From the IMG/VR virus record IMGVR_UViG_3300029940_000031: DNA of 64,000 nt, one strand, 5' to 3'. The position numbers were made by a program, and so were the translations under genes. Positions 33,604 through 43,478 of this stretch are shown here, piece after piece. The notes under the pieces were generated by a model. The model was not told the DNA's origin. It made no database searches and saw only the letters and a program-made list of their open reading frames with translations. The DNA comes from a virus. Within the stretch, counting starts at the first letter, position 1. Each line of letters opens with the position of its first letter.

Positions 33604-34444
33604 AGATGCTTTAGAAGAAGTCAGAGGAATACTGGCTTTTTATTATGCCAAATATGCCGTAAATGAGCAGTTGAGTATGCAGGAAATGCGCCGATTCAAT
33701 CGATATAAGAGCATGCAAAGTGAACTGCAACAAGTAATTAATGAAATAACATATGAGAAAAAGAAAACTCTCAATGAAACGCTCTCCAATCAGTATGGAG
33801 AGTCTTTTTATTATACGAGTTATCTCATCGAGAAAGAAGTCGGCGTGGCTCTTTCGTATGGTCTTATTGACCCGAATGTCATTAAACGAGCGGTACAAAT
33901 GCCAATCGATAAAATGACACTCAATCAAAGGTTAAGTACACATCGAGTACAGATAGTTAACCGAATACGCAGGGAGTTATCTATCGGTCTTAGAAAAGGC
34001 GAAGGATATGCAACAATGGCAAATCGGATTAAGCCGATACTTGATGGTGATGCGAAGAAAGCCCAAATGGTCGCTTGGACAGAAAGTGCTAGGGTGCAAA
34101 ACTTAGGTACTTATGACAGTGCTTCTCACGCTTTTGATGAAGGTGTATCAATGAAGAAGATTTGGATTGCTACATTAGATAAACGTACGCGTCCCACTCA
34201 CCAAGCAGCAGATCATCAAAAAGTACCGTTTAAAGGATTATTTAAAGTCGGTGGTTATAGTTGCGAATATCCACATGATAGTAATTTACCTGCTAAAGAA
34301 GTTGTACGATGCCGCTGTACTTTCATTACTGAGGTAGCGGATGTTAGCCCATTTATTGAGAGAAGGGCCAGAAACCCAACTACAGGTAAGAATGAGGTTA
34401 TTACCGCAGTTAGTTATGAAGAATGGAAAGACTCTCTTGAATAA
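33527..34444 (+). CDS. Minor head / head morphogenesis protein (SPP1 gp7 / Mu F-like)
   Basis: WIATLDKRTRPTHQAADHQKV motif; start at ATG 33527 (the track starts at GTG 33518). Confidence 0.8.
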   Translation: MEWDKKQKHLQKIEDELEKAILYLYKDALEEVRGILAFYYAKYAVNEQLSMQEMRRFNRYKSMQSELQQVINEITYEKKKTLNETLSNQYGESFYYTSYLIEKEVGVALSYGLIDPNVIKRAVQMPIDKMTLNQRLSTHRVQIVNRIRRELSIGLRKGEGYATMANRIKPILDGDAKKAQMVAWTESARVQNLGTYDSASHAFDEGVSMKKIWIATLDKRTRPTHQAADHQKVPFKGLFKVGGYSCEYPHDSNLPAKEVVRCRCTFITEVADVSPFIERRARNPTTGKNEVITAVSYEEWKDSLE

Positions 34445-34518
34445 TAAAAAACACTTGAGGGCTTATAGATTACGAACTTAATAGGGCGCAATTATAGGAA
34501 CTCAGAGGAGGAATAATA

Positions 34519-35250
34519 ATGAAACAATTACAAAAGCAAGCGGAAGTACAGTTTTTAAAAGAAAGAGAACTAACAAAGTTACCGTTTCGTTTATCAAATC
34601 TGCAATTCTTTTCTGATCCTGTAATACCTGCAGATGAGACACTACAGAATGAACAAACATCACCTGCGGATGATATAAAAGATTCACTAGTTGAAGAGCA
34701 AAAAGAACCGCCAGTTGGTGAACAAAAAGAACCGAAATTAGATGATGCAACAAAAACATTTATTGAGAAGATGGTACAATCAGCGGAAGATAGAGTGCGC
34801 TCTAAATATTCGAAAGAACTGAATGCAACAAAGAAGGAATTAGAGAACTATAAAACCGCGTCTATGACTGCCCAAGAGAAAGCTGAATATGAGATGAAGC
34901 AACTTCAGGAACAACTAGAAGAGCGAGAAAGAGTACTTCATCAGAAAGAAATGCAGAGTGTTGCATCAGATGGTTTATCAGCGGTTGGATTGGATCTTAA
35001 ATTTGTAGATTTTGTTATTGGTTCAGATGTAGAAGATACAAAAGTTAGGGTGTCAAAGTTTAATGATTTATTCTCTAGTGCATTAGAAGTAAAAGTGGCT
35101 GAAAAGTTTAAAGCTGCTGGCCGAGAAATCCATGTTAGTGGCGGAACTGGAGGGGGATTTACGAGAGAACAAGTAAATTCAATGAGTCAAGCTGAAATTA
35201 ATGCGAACTGGCCACAAATTCAGAAGGATATGCGCAATTGGGGTAAGTAG
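34519..35250 (+). CDS. Scaffolding protein
   Basis: Acidic and coiled-coil; lies between the morphogenesis and capsid genes. Confidence 0.7.
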   Translation: MKQLQKQAEVQFLKERELTKLPFRLSNLQFFSDPVIPADETLQNEQTSPADDIKDSLVEEQKEPPVGEQKEPKLDDATKTFIEKMVQSAEDRVRSKYSKELNATKKELENYKTASMTAQEKAEYEMKQLQEQLEERERVLHQKEMQSVASDGLSAVGLDLKFVDFVIGSDVEDTKVRVSKFNDLFSSALEVKVAEKFKAAGREIHVSGGTGGGFTREQVNSMSQAEINANWPQIQKDMRNWGK

Positions 35251-35367
35251 CACTAGGAAAGTTAAGTGATTTGAATGGTACAGTCAAAAAAATATAAAAC
35301 GAACAAAAGAGATTGCTAGTTTAGTAATCTCTTTTGTTATGGAAAAACATTAAGGAGGAATTAATAT

Positions 35368-36213
35368 ATGTCAGTATCAACTTTTATTCCAACAATTTGG
35401 GAAGCGCGCTTGATGGCGAACTTTCACAAGCGTTCTATTGCGGATTTAATTACAACAACGCCAACGAAAATCGAAGGTAATAAGATTATCTTTAATCGTG
35501 TAGGCGCAGTAAATGTAAAAGATTATAATGGTACAATCGAATGGGATGATACTAACCCTTCTAAAGTAGAAATTAATATGGATCAACAAAAGTATTTTGC
35601 TTTCAAAGTTGATGATGTAGATGCAGTTCAGGCTGCTGGAGATTTAATCGACCCACATACACAAGAGGCAGGAGCGGTACTTCAGGAAACCGTTGATACA
35701 TTCGTATTAGGGCTTTATAAAGGCGCTCATAAAACTCATACAATTGGGAGTGACTCTAGTCCAATTGAGTTATCACCTAAAAATGCATATGATTACATTG
35801 TAGACTTAAATACGATTTTAAATATTAAAAAGGTTCCTAAAACTGAACGATTCACAATCATCAATTCTCAGGTTTTAGGTTTATTATCTAAAGATGATCG
35901 CTTTACTAAGCAACCTGTTGTTTTAGAAAATGGTATTGTTGAAGGACAGATTATTAATGGATCACAAATCGTTGTATCAGAAGAAATTCACGGTACTAGT
36001 GGTAAGTATAAAATTTTAGGTCTTCATAAGTCTGCCATTGGATACGGGACACAGTTAACTGAAACAGAGGCACAACGTCTGCAAAATTCCTTTGCAGATG
36101 GTATTCGTGGTCTTATGGTTTATGGTGGAGATATCCTTCGTCAAGAGTCAATAGCGGTACTTACAGCTACAGTTACATCAATTACTCCGGAAAAACCAGG
36201 TGGAGGGGCTTAA
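35368..36213 (+). CDS. Major capsid protein
   Basis: Strong RBS AAGGAGGAA; position and size. Confidence 0.8.
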   Translation: MSVSTFIPTIWEARLMANFHKRSIADLITTTPTKIEGNKIIFNRVGAVNVKDYNGTIEWDDTNPSKVEINMDQQKYFAFKVDDVDAVQAAGDLIDPHTQEAGAVLQETVDTFVLGLYKGAHKTHTIGSDSSPIELSPKNAYDYIVDLNTILNIKKVPKTERFTIINSQVLGLLSKDDRFTKQPVVLENGIVEGQIINGSQIVVSEEIHGTSGKYKILGLHKSAIGYGTQLTETEAQRLQNSFADGIRGLMVYGGDILRQESIAVLTATVTSITPEKPGGGA

Positions 36214-36256
36214 TAAGCCTTCTCCATTTTTTTCTTTTACGTAAGTAGGTGATTAG

Positions 36257-36568
36257 ATGAAAGATATGAAAGCAGAAATTTTAAAACGTGTAAAACTGCA
36301 AGTACCTAATATAAGTGATGAAAATTTATTAATAAGCATTGAAGATACAATGTTAATGGTTGCTGAGTACACCAATAGAACTATTCCTGAATTCCCTCCT
36401 GCTTATATTGGTATCATCGCTAAAATGGTGGTTCATCAGTATATGGAGCACGAGAGAGAAGGAAAGAAAAGTGAATCGTTAGGTAACTATTCTGTTACTT
36501 ATGATGATGTGGGAGATTATCCAGCAAGCGTCACAAAGGGGCTGAAAGTGAGGTTACGTGTTCGATGA
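36257..36568 (+). CDS. Head-tail connector (gp6-like)
   Basis: Synteny; 103 aa. Confidence 0.65.
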   Translation: MKDMKAEILKRVKLQVPNISDENLLISIEDTMLMVAEYTNRTIPEFPPAYIGIIAKMVVHQYMEHEREGKKSESLGNYSVTYDDVGDYPASVTKGLKVRLRVR

Positions 36569-36909
36569 TTCAGTCAATGATACGCAAGTTTGGAAAAGAT
36601 GCTACAGTACTTCGCAACGCTGGTTCTGATGATGGACCATATCCAACAGAAGAATGGAAAGAAATCAATACTGTTAAAGGTGTATTGGATGCTATCCAAG
36701 GGACAAAGGATGCTCGCAATAAAAAAATAGAAGAGAAAAGCACACATTTCTTTTACTGCATGCTTTTCGACGTAACTATTCAAGATAGATTAGTTATCGA
36801 TAAGAAGGTATACAGCGTTACTTATCCGGGCGATCCAATGAATGCGGGTAGATTCTTTCAAATAGAATTGGAGATGTTGCCATATGAGCATGAAATTCCA
36901 ATCCAATAG
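36565..36909 (+). CDS. Head closure / head-tail adaptor
   Basis: ATGA coupling; synteny. Confidence 0.65.
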   Translation: MIQSMIRKFGKDATVLRNAGSDDGPYPTEEWKEINTVKGVLDAIQGTKDARNKKIEEKSTHFFYCMLFDVTIQDRLVIDKKVYSVTYPGDPMNAGRFFQIELEMLPYEHEIPIQ

Positions 36910-37291
36910 AGCCGCTGTTATGGCGAGACATTTGGCTGCAAAGAAAGCAGCTCATACTGCTATTGGTAAATTTGTATCTTCTAAAGCTAAATTACTTGCT
37001 GCTGTCGACACTGGCAATTTAAGAAGAAGCATTAGTTCTAAAGCAGAGCAAGAAAAAGTTGTTATCGGTACTTCTGCTGATCATGGTATTTATGTTGAGA
37101 AGGGAACAGGAATCTATGCTGTAGACGGTGATGGGCGTAAAACTCCTTGGATGTACCGTGACCCTAAAACAGGGAAGATGGTTAAAACTCAAGGGCAACA
37201 TGCACAGCCTTTTCTTAGACCAGCAGCAGAGAGCAATAAACCGCAAATTACACAAGTTGGCACGCGAACCTATTCGTCGTTAATGAGGTAG
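36884..37291 (+). CDS. HK97 gp10-family neck protein
   Basis: DTGNLRRSIS...IGTSADHGIYVEKGTG motif. Confidence 0.7.
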   Translation: MSMKFQSNRAAVMARHLAAKKAAHTAIGKFVSSKAKLLAAVDTGNLRRSISSKAEQEKVVIGTSADHGIYVEKGTGIYAVDGDGRKTPWMYRDPKTGKMVKTQGQHAQPFLRPAAESNKPQITQVGTRTYSSLMR

Positions 37292-37296
37292 ATAGC

Positions 37297-37659
37297 ATGA
37301 ATGACTTTATAAATATATTACACAGTGAATTAAAACAGATTCATAAAGAAACGTATTATGAAATCGCTAAAACAACCGCTGTAATGCCTTATTTGGTGTA
37401 CATGGTTAATGATGATAAAGAACCATGGGGAAGAAAAAATATCATGCTTACAATTGATATTTACGGTACTTCTGCTCATCTTGCTCAAATAGATGAACTG
37501 ATTACGAAACTAGAAAGCAATCTTCATAGAAAAAGATTAAGCAGCGCTGAATTTGGTGCTGCTATTTCTTATCTTTCGAGTCAGAAAGTACCTGATTCAG
37601 ACCCAAATATCATACGCAAAGAAGTGCGGTTCATTTTAAGAACTTATTTTAAACAATAG
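37297..37659 (+). CDS. Tail completion protein
   Basis: Synteny. Confidence 0.55.
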   Translation: MNDFINILHSELKQIHKETYYEIAKTTAVMPYLVYMVNDDKEPWGRKNIMLTIDIYGTSAHLAQIDELITKLESNLHRKRLSSAEFGAAISYLSSQKVPDSDPNIIRKEVRFILRTYFKQ

Positions 37660-37673
37660 AAAGGGTTGATTAT

Positions 37674-38267
37674 ATGGCAGCTCCACAACCAAAACCAGAA
37701 AATGTTCTCTTCGGAGACTGGGGGGCATTCTTCTTTAATTACGGGGAAAAAGATGAACTACCAGTAGGTGCCACACAAGGTGGCGGTTCTTTTAAGTATG
37801 AACCAGAGTTTAAAGAAATTGAATATGATGGTTCTCCTGGTGACACTATGGGGATGAAACGTATTACGAAATCAAAAACTCAAATCAGTTTTAAAACACT
37901 TGAATTCCTTGATAAAGATAAAATTAAAAACTTTATTGCTGGATTAAAAGTATCAGAAGAGACTGTTACGAAAGATGGAAAAACCCTCAAATACGATGTA
38001 ATTGAAGCAACGGAACGTCTTACGAAAGAAAGCTATCTTAAAAATGTAGCATGGGTTGGCGAAACTTTAGGTGGCGATATTGTTGAAATTATCGTATATA
38101 ACGCATTATCTGACGGTTCATTAGAACTAGGATTTGAAAATGAGAGTGAAGTTGTTCCAGAAGTAACATTCACAGGACATCGTGATCCAGAAAACATTCG
38201 AAAAGTACCATGGAAAAAACGTATTTTAACAGCGACAGAAGCAGCAAAATTAATACCGGCAGGTTAA
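37674..38267 (+). CDS. Major tail protein
   Basis: Synteny; followed by a terminator-like hairpin and then the chaperone pair. Confidence 0.75.
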   Translation: MAAPQPKPENVLFGDWGAFFFNYGEKDELPVGATQGGGSFKYEPEFKEIEYDGSPGDTMGMKRITKSKTQISFKTLEFLDKDKIKNFIAGLKVSEETVTKDGKTLKYDVIEATERLTKESYLKNVAWVGETLGGDIVEIIVYNALSDGSLELGFENESEVVPEVTFTGHRDPENIRKVPWKKRILTATEAAKLIPAG

Positions 38268-38313
38268 AAAGTAGGGGAAATCCCTGCTCTTTTTATTTTA
38301 AGGAGGAATAAAT

Positions 38314-38742
38314 GTGACTATTGCAATTCAAGAAAAAGAATACAAAGTGAGACAAATTCATGGCGGAGATTTATTTTCCGTAGTTCGTATTTTGAAGAAA
38401 TCAAAATTCAAGGTTGATATTAACTTGCTTAAAGATTTAATGATGGGTGTACGAAGTAAAGAAGGTGCAACACAAGCAGATGTATTAGCTGCACAAGAGA
38501 TGTTCGGTTACGACATCATTATGAAGTTTATCTTTGGATTAGAAGAAGCTGAGCAAGAATTTTTCGAGTTTATTTCTGATCTATTAGTGTGTGAAGATGA
38601 AAACGGTAAAAAAACATCCCCAGATTGGGAAACAATACGAACTTTAAATCTAGAAGAGTTAGCGAAGTTGTTTACTGCAATTAAAAACTCAGAAGTTGGA
38701 CTGGTTAAGCTTTTTTCCAATGCGGTGAACTTGATGAAATAG
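38314..38742 (+). CDS. Tail assembly chaperone (gpG-like)
   Basis: GTG after AAGGAGGAA; directly upstream of the tape measure gene. Confidence 0.75.
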   Translation: MTIAIQEKEYKVRQIHGGDLFSVVRILKKSKFKVDINLLKDLMMGVRSKEGATQADVLAAQEMFGYDIIMKFIFGLEEAEQEFFEFISDLLVCEDENGKKTSPDWETIRTLNLEELAKLFTAIKNSEVGLVKLFSNAVNLMK

Positions 38743-39053
38743 ACTTCATCGATACGTTAGCTTCTCGTTATCCGAACATGGAGTACATACGTGGTTTGGA
38801 TGCCGAGATAGTTATTAATTTGTATCTCACCGCAAAGAAAAAAGAGATGGACCGCATGTTATGGGAAGAATGGTGCGCCCTACAACCATACTGCGATGAA
38901 ACATTTCCTCAATTTAAACATAAGCGTGAAAATCCAACGCAAGAACAGGTACAACAATACAATGATTTAATCGAACAACTACCGAAACAGAAACTCACGA
39001 AAAAAGAAGTGTTCGCTCGAGTTGCGAAAATCCGCGGAAAGGCGGGTGAATAG
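38709..39053 (+). CDS. -1 frame extension of the chaperone (gpGT-like)
   Basis: The -1 frame is open from 38709 to the TAG just before the tape-measure ATG; T6 run at 38711-38716 in the overlap. Confidence 0.6.
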   Translation, partial: AFFQCGELDEIDFIDTLASRYPNMEYIRGLDAEIVINLYLTAKKKEMDRMLWEEWCALQPYCDETFPQFKHKRENPTQEQVQQYNDLIEQLPKQKLTKKEVFARVAKIRGKAGE

Positions 39054-41993
39054 ATGGAATTATTTAAGATGTTTGGATCAATCTTCTTAAAGGACGATCA
39101 GCTACAAAGAGGATTGGCTAACGCTGAAAGAAGTGGACAACGAACAACTGGTATTTTAGGTCGTGGATTCGGACAAGTCGGGCAAGCAGCAGTAGGATTA
39201 GGTTCTTCTGTTGGCGGTGCTGCTATAGCTATGGGTGGATTAGTCGGTGTTACAGTAGGGGTAGGAGCTGCGATTGCTGGTGTAGTAAAAGTCGGTTCTG
39301 AATATACCCAACAGATGTCAAAAGTAGAAGCTCTCTCTGGTTCTAATGCTTTACAAATGGCTGAACTGGGAGCGAACGCACGTAAATTAGGTGCTGAAAC
39401 ACGTTGGTCAGCTACAAACGTAGCTCAAGCCTATGAATATATGGCCCTTGCAGGTTGGGACTCCAACCAAATGATTGCAGCTAGTAAACCGCTACTTGAC
39501 TTAGCGACAGCTGGTGCATTAGACCTTGCAAAAGCTTCAGATATAGTAACCGATACAATGACTCCATTTGGTATGAAAGCTTCAGAAGCAGGAAGAGCTG
39601 CTGACGTATTCGCGCTGGCCCAAGCGACTGCCAATTTAAACGTTGAGCAGCTGGGCGAAACCATGAAATACGCTGCTCCAGTAGCGGCTACATTTGGTTT
39701 GAATATTGAAGAAACTGCCGCAATTGCTCAGATATTTGCAAATAACGGTATTAAAGCTTCAATGGCTGGTACGGCATTACGTGCTGGTTTATCTCGGTTA
39801 GCAGCACCACCAAAAGAGGCTGCTAAATCATTATCTGCATTAAATGTAACTGTTAAAGATTCTGAAGGTAACATGAAACCAATGAATGAAATCATCGGAC
39901 AGTTACATGACGGATTTGGAAAGTTATCTGAATCTCAACAAATTGCCGCTGCAAAAGCAATATTCGGTGAGGAAGCCTATGCAGGGTGGATTCAAGTTAT
40001 CAAGGGTGGACAACCTGCATTTGATGATATGGTAAATACACTAGAAACTTCTGAAGGTTCTGCCAAAGTTATGGCTGAAACAATGGCCAACAACTTATCG
40101 GGTGCAGTTGACGGAGTTAAATCTAGATTAGAGAATTTGGGACTTGTTGTATTTTCTCATGTTGAACCTGCACTTGTTGCTATGACTAATGGAACAAATA
40201 GCGCAGTGAAATCTCTTACTGACTGGCTTGATCCATCTGGTAAAGCGGTCGAAGCAGCTAAATTAATGCAACAAACTGATCAGCAGTTAGCTCAATCTAA
40301 AGCTGTTCTTGATATGAATCTCAAAAAGGGGAAAATAACGCAAGAAGAGTATAACGAAAAGTTAGCTCTATCTAAGAAGCATGCCGAAGATATGATGAAC
40401 GCTGATGGTATGTTAGCTCAGAAAAAAGAAGAGTTAAAAATGAAGGTTGAAGAAGGGAAAATGACTCAGGAAGAAGCTAATAAAATTCTTGATGAGTCTG
40501 AGGTTGAATATCAAAAACTTCAACAAGGTATTGAACAAACACGTCAACGGCAAGAAGCTATGAATAAGGTATTCGAACCACTTCGTAATGCCATTGGTAT
40601 CATCCAACAAGTAGGCGCTGCGATTGAGCAGTTCTGGATTGCTGCAACTGGAGATAGAGATGCGCTAGTTGAAGGGTATGACATCCTTACTAAACTAGGT
40701 TTTTCATCTAATGCAATTCAGTTTATACAAGAAACTACCGCCGCTGTACAGTATGGTATAGAAACGATGAAAGCTCTCGTATCTGGCGATTGGGGATCTG
40801 CTAGTAACTTCTTAGATAAGTTAGGTTTTTCACCTGAACAAAAAGCAGATATTATTATGTTCGTTCAGGATGTGCACGCTCAATTGAGTAGTTTCATAGA
40901 AAATGTACAAGCTTTGATAGCAGCGCAAGCACCAGTAATTATGGGAATAATCGGCGCTACTTGGGACTTTATTAAAGGTGTATTCAATACAATAGCTCCT
41001 TACTTAATGCCTTTACTGACAGATGTAATGTCGTTTGTAAATGGGATTATATCTCAAATCACTTCGTTTTGGAAAGAAAACGGAAATCAAATTGTACAAG
41101 CTGTAAAAAATGCCTTCTCAATCATTCAATCTATTATAGCTTTTGTAATGCCAGCTGTAATGATGATTGTAAAAAGTGCATGGGACGCTATAAAAGATAT
41201 TATCCAGGGTGCTGTTAATCTCATTATGGGAATTATTAAATTTTTCGCATCTGTTTTAACTGGTGATTTCTCTGGAATGTGGGCAGGGATAAAACAAATC
41301 TTCAGCGGTGCAATCCAGTTAATCTGGGGGCTTATCCAATTTTCGTTTGTTAAACAAATTTTTGGTGCAGTGAAAGGGCTCGCATCTTCTTTTGGCTCTA
41401 CGATTAGTAGCATGTGGTCTACTGTTGTTGGATATTTCAAGACATTTATTAAGGAACCAATCGCTTCTGTAGTTCGTATGGCAATTGATATAGGTGAAGC
41501 TGCTATGAAAATTAAAGACAAACTGATTAATCCTATTAAAGAAGCTTGGAGTGGAATTATGGGCTGGATTGATAAAATTAAAAACGGTGTAGCGAATATG
41601 TTTAGTGGCGTTCACATTCCTGTTCCGAAGATTAGTGTAAATGGATCATTAAACCCGATAAATTGGGCAAGTGAGGGGCTTCCTTCATTTAGTGTCAAAT
41701 GGGCAGCAAACGGCGCTTTAATCAAGCCTGGTAATCCTACATTGATTGGTGTCGGCGACGCGAGAGGATATGACGAAACTGTTTTGCCTCTCCGTAAACA
41801 AACATTCGATGCGATTGCCAATGGAATAATGGGATCGCTACCATTAGTACAACAAGCTGGGGCACAACAATACGCATCACAAAGCCCAACTGTTTTGCAA
41901 ATCAATCTAAACGGACGAGAAATAGCGAAGGAAATTTACTCAGATGTTAATGAATTTCAAGAACAAGAAAAAGAAAGACGTAAAGTATTTTAG
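39054..41993 (+). CDS. Tail tape measure protein
   Basis: 979 aa; conserved core MSKVEALSGSN...ATNVAQAYEYMALAGW; hydrophobic C-terminal half. Confidence 0.9.
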   Translation: MELFKMFGSIFLKDDQLQRGLANAERSGQRTTGILGRGFGQVGQAAVGLGSSVGGAAIAMGGLVGVTVGVGAAIAGVVKVGSEYTQQMSKVEALSGSNALQMAELGANARKLGAETRWSATNVAQAYEYMALAGWDSNQMIAASKPLLDLATAGALDLAKASDIVTDTMTPFGMKASEAGRAADVFALAQATANLNVEQLGETMKYAAPVAATFGLNIEETAAIAQIFANNGIKASMAGTALRAGLSRLAAPPKEAAKSLSALNVTVKDSEGNMKPMNEIIGQLHDGFGKLSESQQIAAAKAIFGEEAYAGWIQVIKGGQPAFDDMVNTLETSEGSAKVMAETMANNLSGAVDGVKSRLENLGLVVFSHVEPALVAMTNGTNSAVKSLTDWLDPSGKAVEAAKLMQQTDQQLAQSKAVLDMNLKKGKITQEEYNEKLALSKKHAEDMMNADGMLAQKKEELKMKVEEGKMTQEEANKILDESEVEYQKLQQGIEQTRQRQEAMNKVFEPLRNAIGIIQQVGAAIEQFWIAATGDRDALVEGYDILTKLGFSSNAIQFIQETTAAVQYGIETMKALVSGDWGSASNFLDKLGFSPEQKADIIMFVQDVHAQLSSFIENVQALIAAQAPVIMGIIGATWDFIKGVFNTIAPYLMPLLTDVMSFVNGIISQITSFWKENGNQIVQAVKNAFSIIQSIIAFVMPAVMMIVKSAWDAIKDIIQGAVNLIMGIIKFFASVLTGDFSGMWAGIKQIFSGAIQLIWGLIQFSFVKQIFGAVKGLASSFGSTISSMWSTVVGYFKTFIKEPIASVVRMAIDIGEAAMKIKDKLINPIKEAWSGIMGWIDKIKNGVANMFSGVHIPVPKISVNGSLNPINWASEGLPSFSVKWAANGALIKPGNPTLIGVGDARGYDETVLPLRKQTFDAIANGIMGSLPLVQQAGAQQYASQSPTVLQINLNGREIAKEIYSDVNEFQEQEKERRKVF

Positions 41994-42005
41994 GCAGGTG
42001 ATGGT

Positions 42006-43478
42006 ATGACGGGAATTAGTTTCTTTAGTTTTAATGGGGAGAGGAATCCGAATGTAATACCATTGCAGGGTAAAAAACGCCCTGCATGGGCTCCTTTGGA
42101 ACGTACATTTCTTGAAGTTCCCCACTATCCAGGTGGGCGTTTGATAAGAACACAAACAAAAATGAGGAAAATAATTGTACCAGTTTCATTATTTTATGAA
42201 TCTATGGAAGAAGCCGAAAAGTTAAAGGAAGAAATAGCTAATTGGCTTATTACAGACCAACCTCAAGAACTGATCTTTGATGATGAAAAAGATCGTACGT
42301 ATTTGGCCGTTATTGATGAATCTTTTGACCCACAGCAATTAGTGAATTTAGGAGAAGGAGTACTTACTTTTATTTGTGAAATGCCATATAAATTAGGTCC
42401 TACAAGAATCGTAGAATTTCAAGCTAATGAGCGTGGGCTAGTGGCGAATATTCAAAACAAAGGAAGTCTTGAATCTAACCCAATTATTAAAATTGAGGTA
42501 ACGAAACCCTCAACTTTTCTTGATGTATGGAATGGAGATAATTACTTTCGTATTGGATGGCCGCTTAGAATGGATCAGGTACCTGTTGAGAGAAATCAGC
42601 GTGTTATGTGGGATGAAATGTCTACCACTATAGGATGGACGGATGTTCCGAATGCAGAAGATATGGTAGGGGGAGGAGCTTTCAAAGTGGATGCAGGCTC
42701 ACGCCTAGTTCCGGTTTATTTAGGTGAAACAAACATAAAAGGATGGCATGGTTGCATAGCCAAAAAGAACATTCCGCAAGGGCCACTGCAAGACTTTATT
42801 ATGCAGGCGTATGTTGGGGTAAGAAGCTCGCATCCAGATCAAATGGGACGCGTTGAAATAGGTTTATTGGATGAAAACAGCGACTATGTAGCGCGTATTT
42901 CTATGAATGATGTCCATTGGCAAGCTGAACAAAATACAGGGTTCGCTAAGCTTGGCAACAAAAAGAAACCAGCTGGTGAGCAAGTACTTATAAATGAACC
43001 AGGGGACCATCCTACTACATGGAATCAATATCGTGGTCGCTTGTGGTTAGCACGTACCGGTAATAGGTGGGAAGCGTATATTTCTAAGTTTTTATGGAAT
43101 ACCGAAAAGGATGACTCGGAACGCTTTGTTGTGTGGGAAGATGAAAACAATGTGAATATGGACAAAGTGGCACAAGTTCAAATTAGCATCAGTCAATTTT
43201 CGGATAACATGTTCTGTACAGACATGAGCATTGATGATTTGAAAATCTGGAAGGTCAATATGAATACACAAGATAATCCACCTTACATTTTTGATGTTGG
43301 AGATAAGGTAGTTATTGACACCGAGCGAAGCCTTGTATCGATTAATGGTAAAAAAGTTATAAATTTAAAAGATATATTCAGTGATTATCCAGTTGTTAGC
43401 AAAGGATCAAACAAGCTTGAAATTATGCCTTCCGATGTGGGAATAGCCAAAGTAACATATAGGGAGAGATATCGATGA
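42006..43478 (+). CDS. Distal tail protein (Dit)
   Basis: Synteny after the tape measure gene. Confidence 0.75.
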   Translation: MTGISFFSFNGERNPNVIPLQGKKRPAWAPLERTFLEVPHYPGGRLIRTQTKMRKIIVPVSLFYESMEEAEKLKEEIANWLITDQPQELIFDDEKDRTYLAVIDESFDPQQLVNLGEGVLTFICEMPYKLGPTRIVEFQANERGLVANIQNKGSLESNPIIKIEVTKPSTFLDVWNGDNYFRIGWPLRMDQVPVERNQRVMWDEMSTTIGWTDVPNAEDMVGGGAFKVDAGSRLVPVYLGETNIKGWHGCIAKKNIPQGPLQDFIMQAYVGVRSSHPDQMGRVEIGLLDENSDYVARISMNDVHWQAEQNTGFAKLGNKKKPAGEQVLINEPGDHPTTWNQYRGRLWLARTGNRWEAYISKFLWNTEKDDSERFVVWEDENNVNMDKVAQVQISISQFSDNMFCTDMSIDDLKIWKVNMNTQDNPPYIFDVGDKVVIDTERSLVSINGKKVINLKDIFSDYPVVSKGSNKLEIMPSDVGIAKVTYRERYR

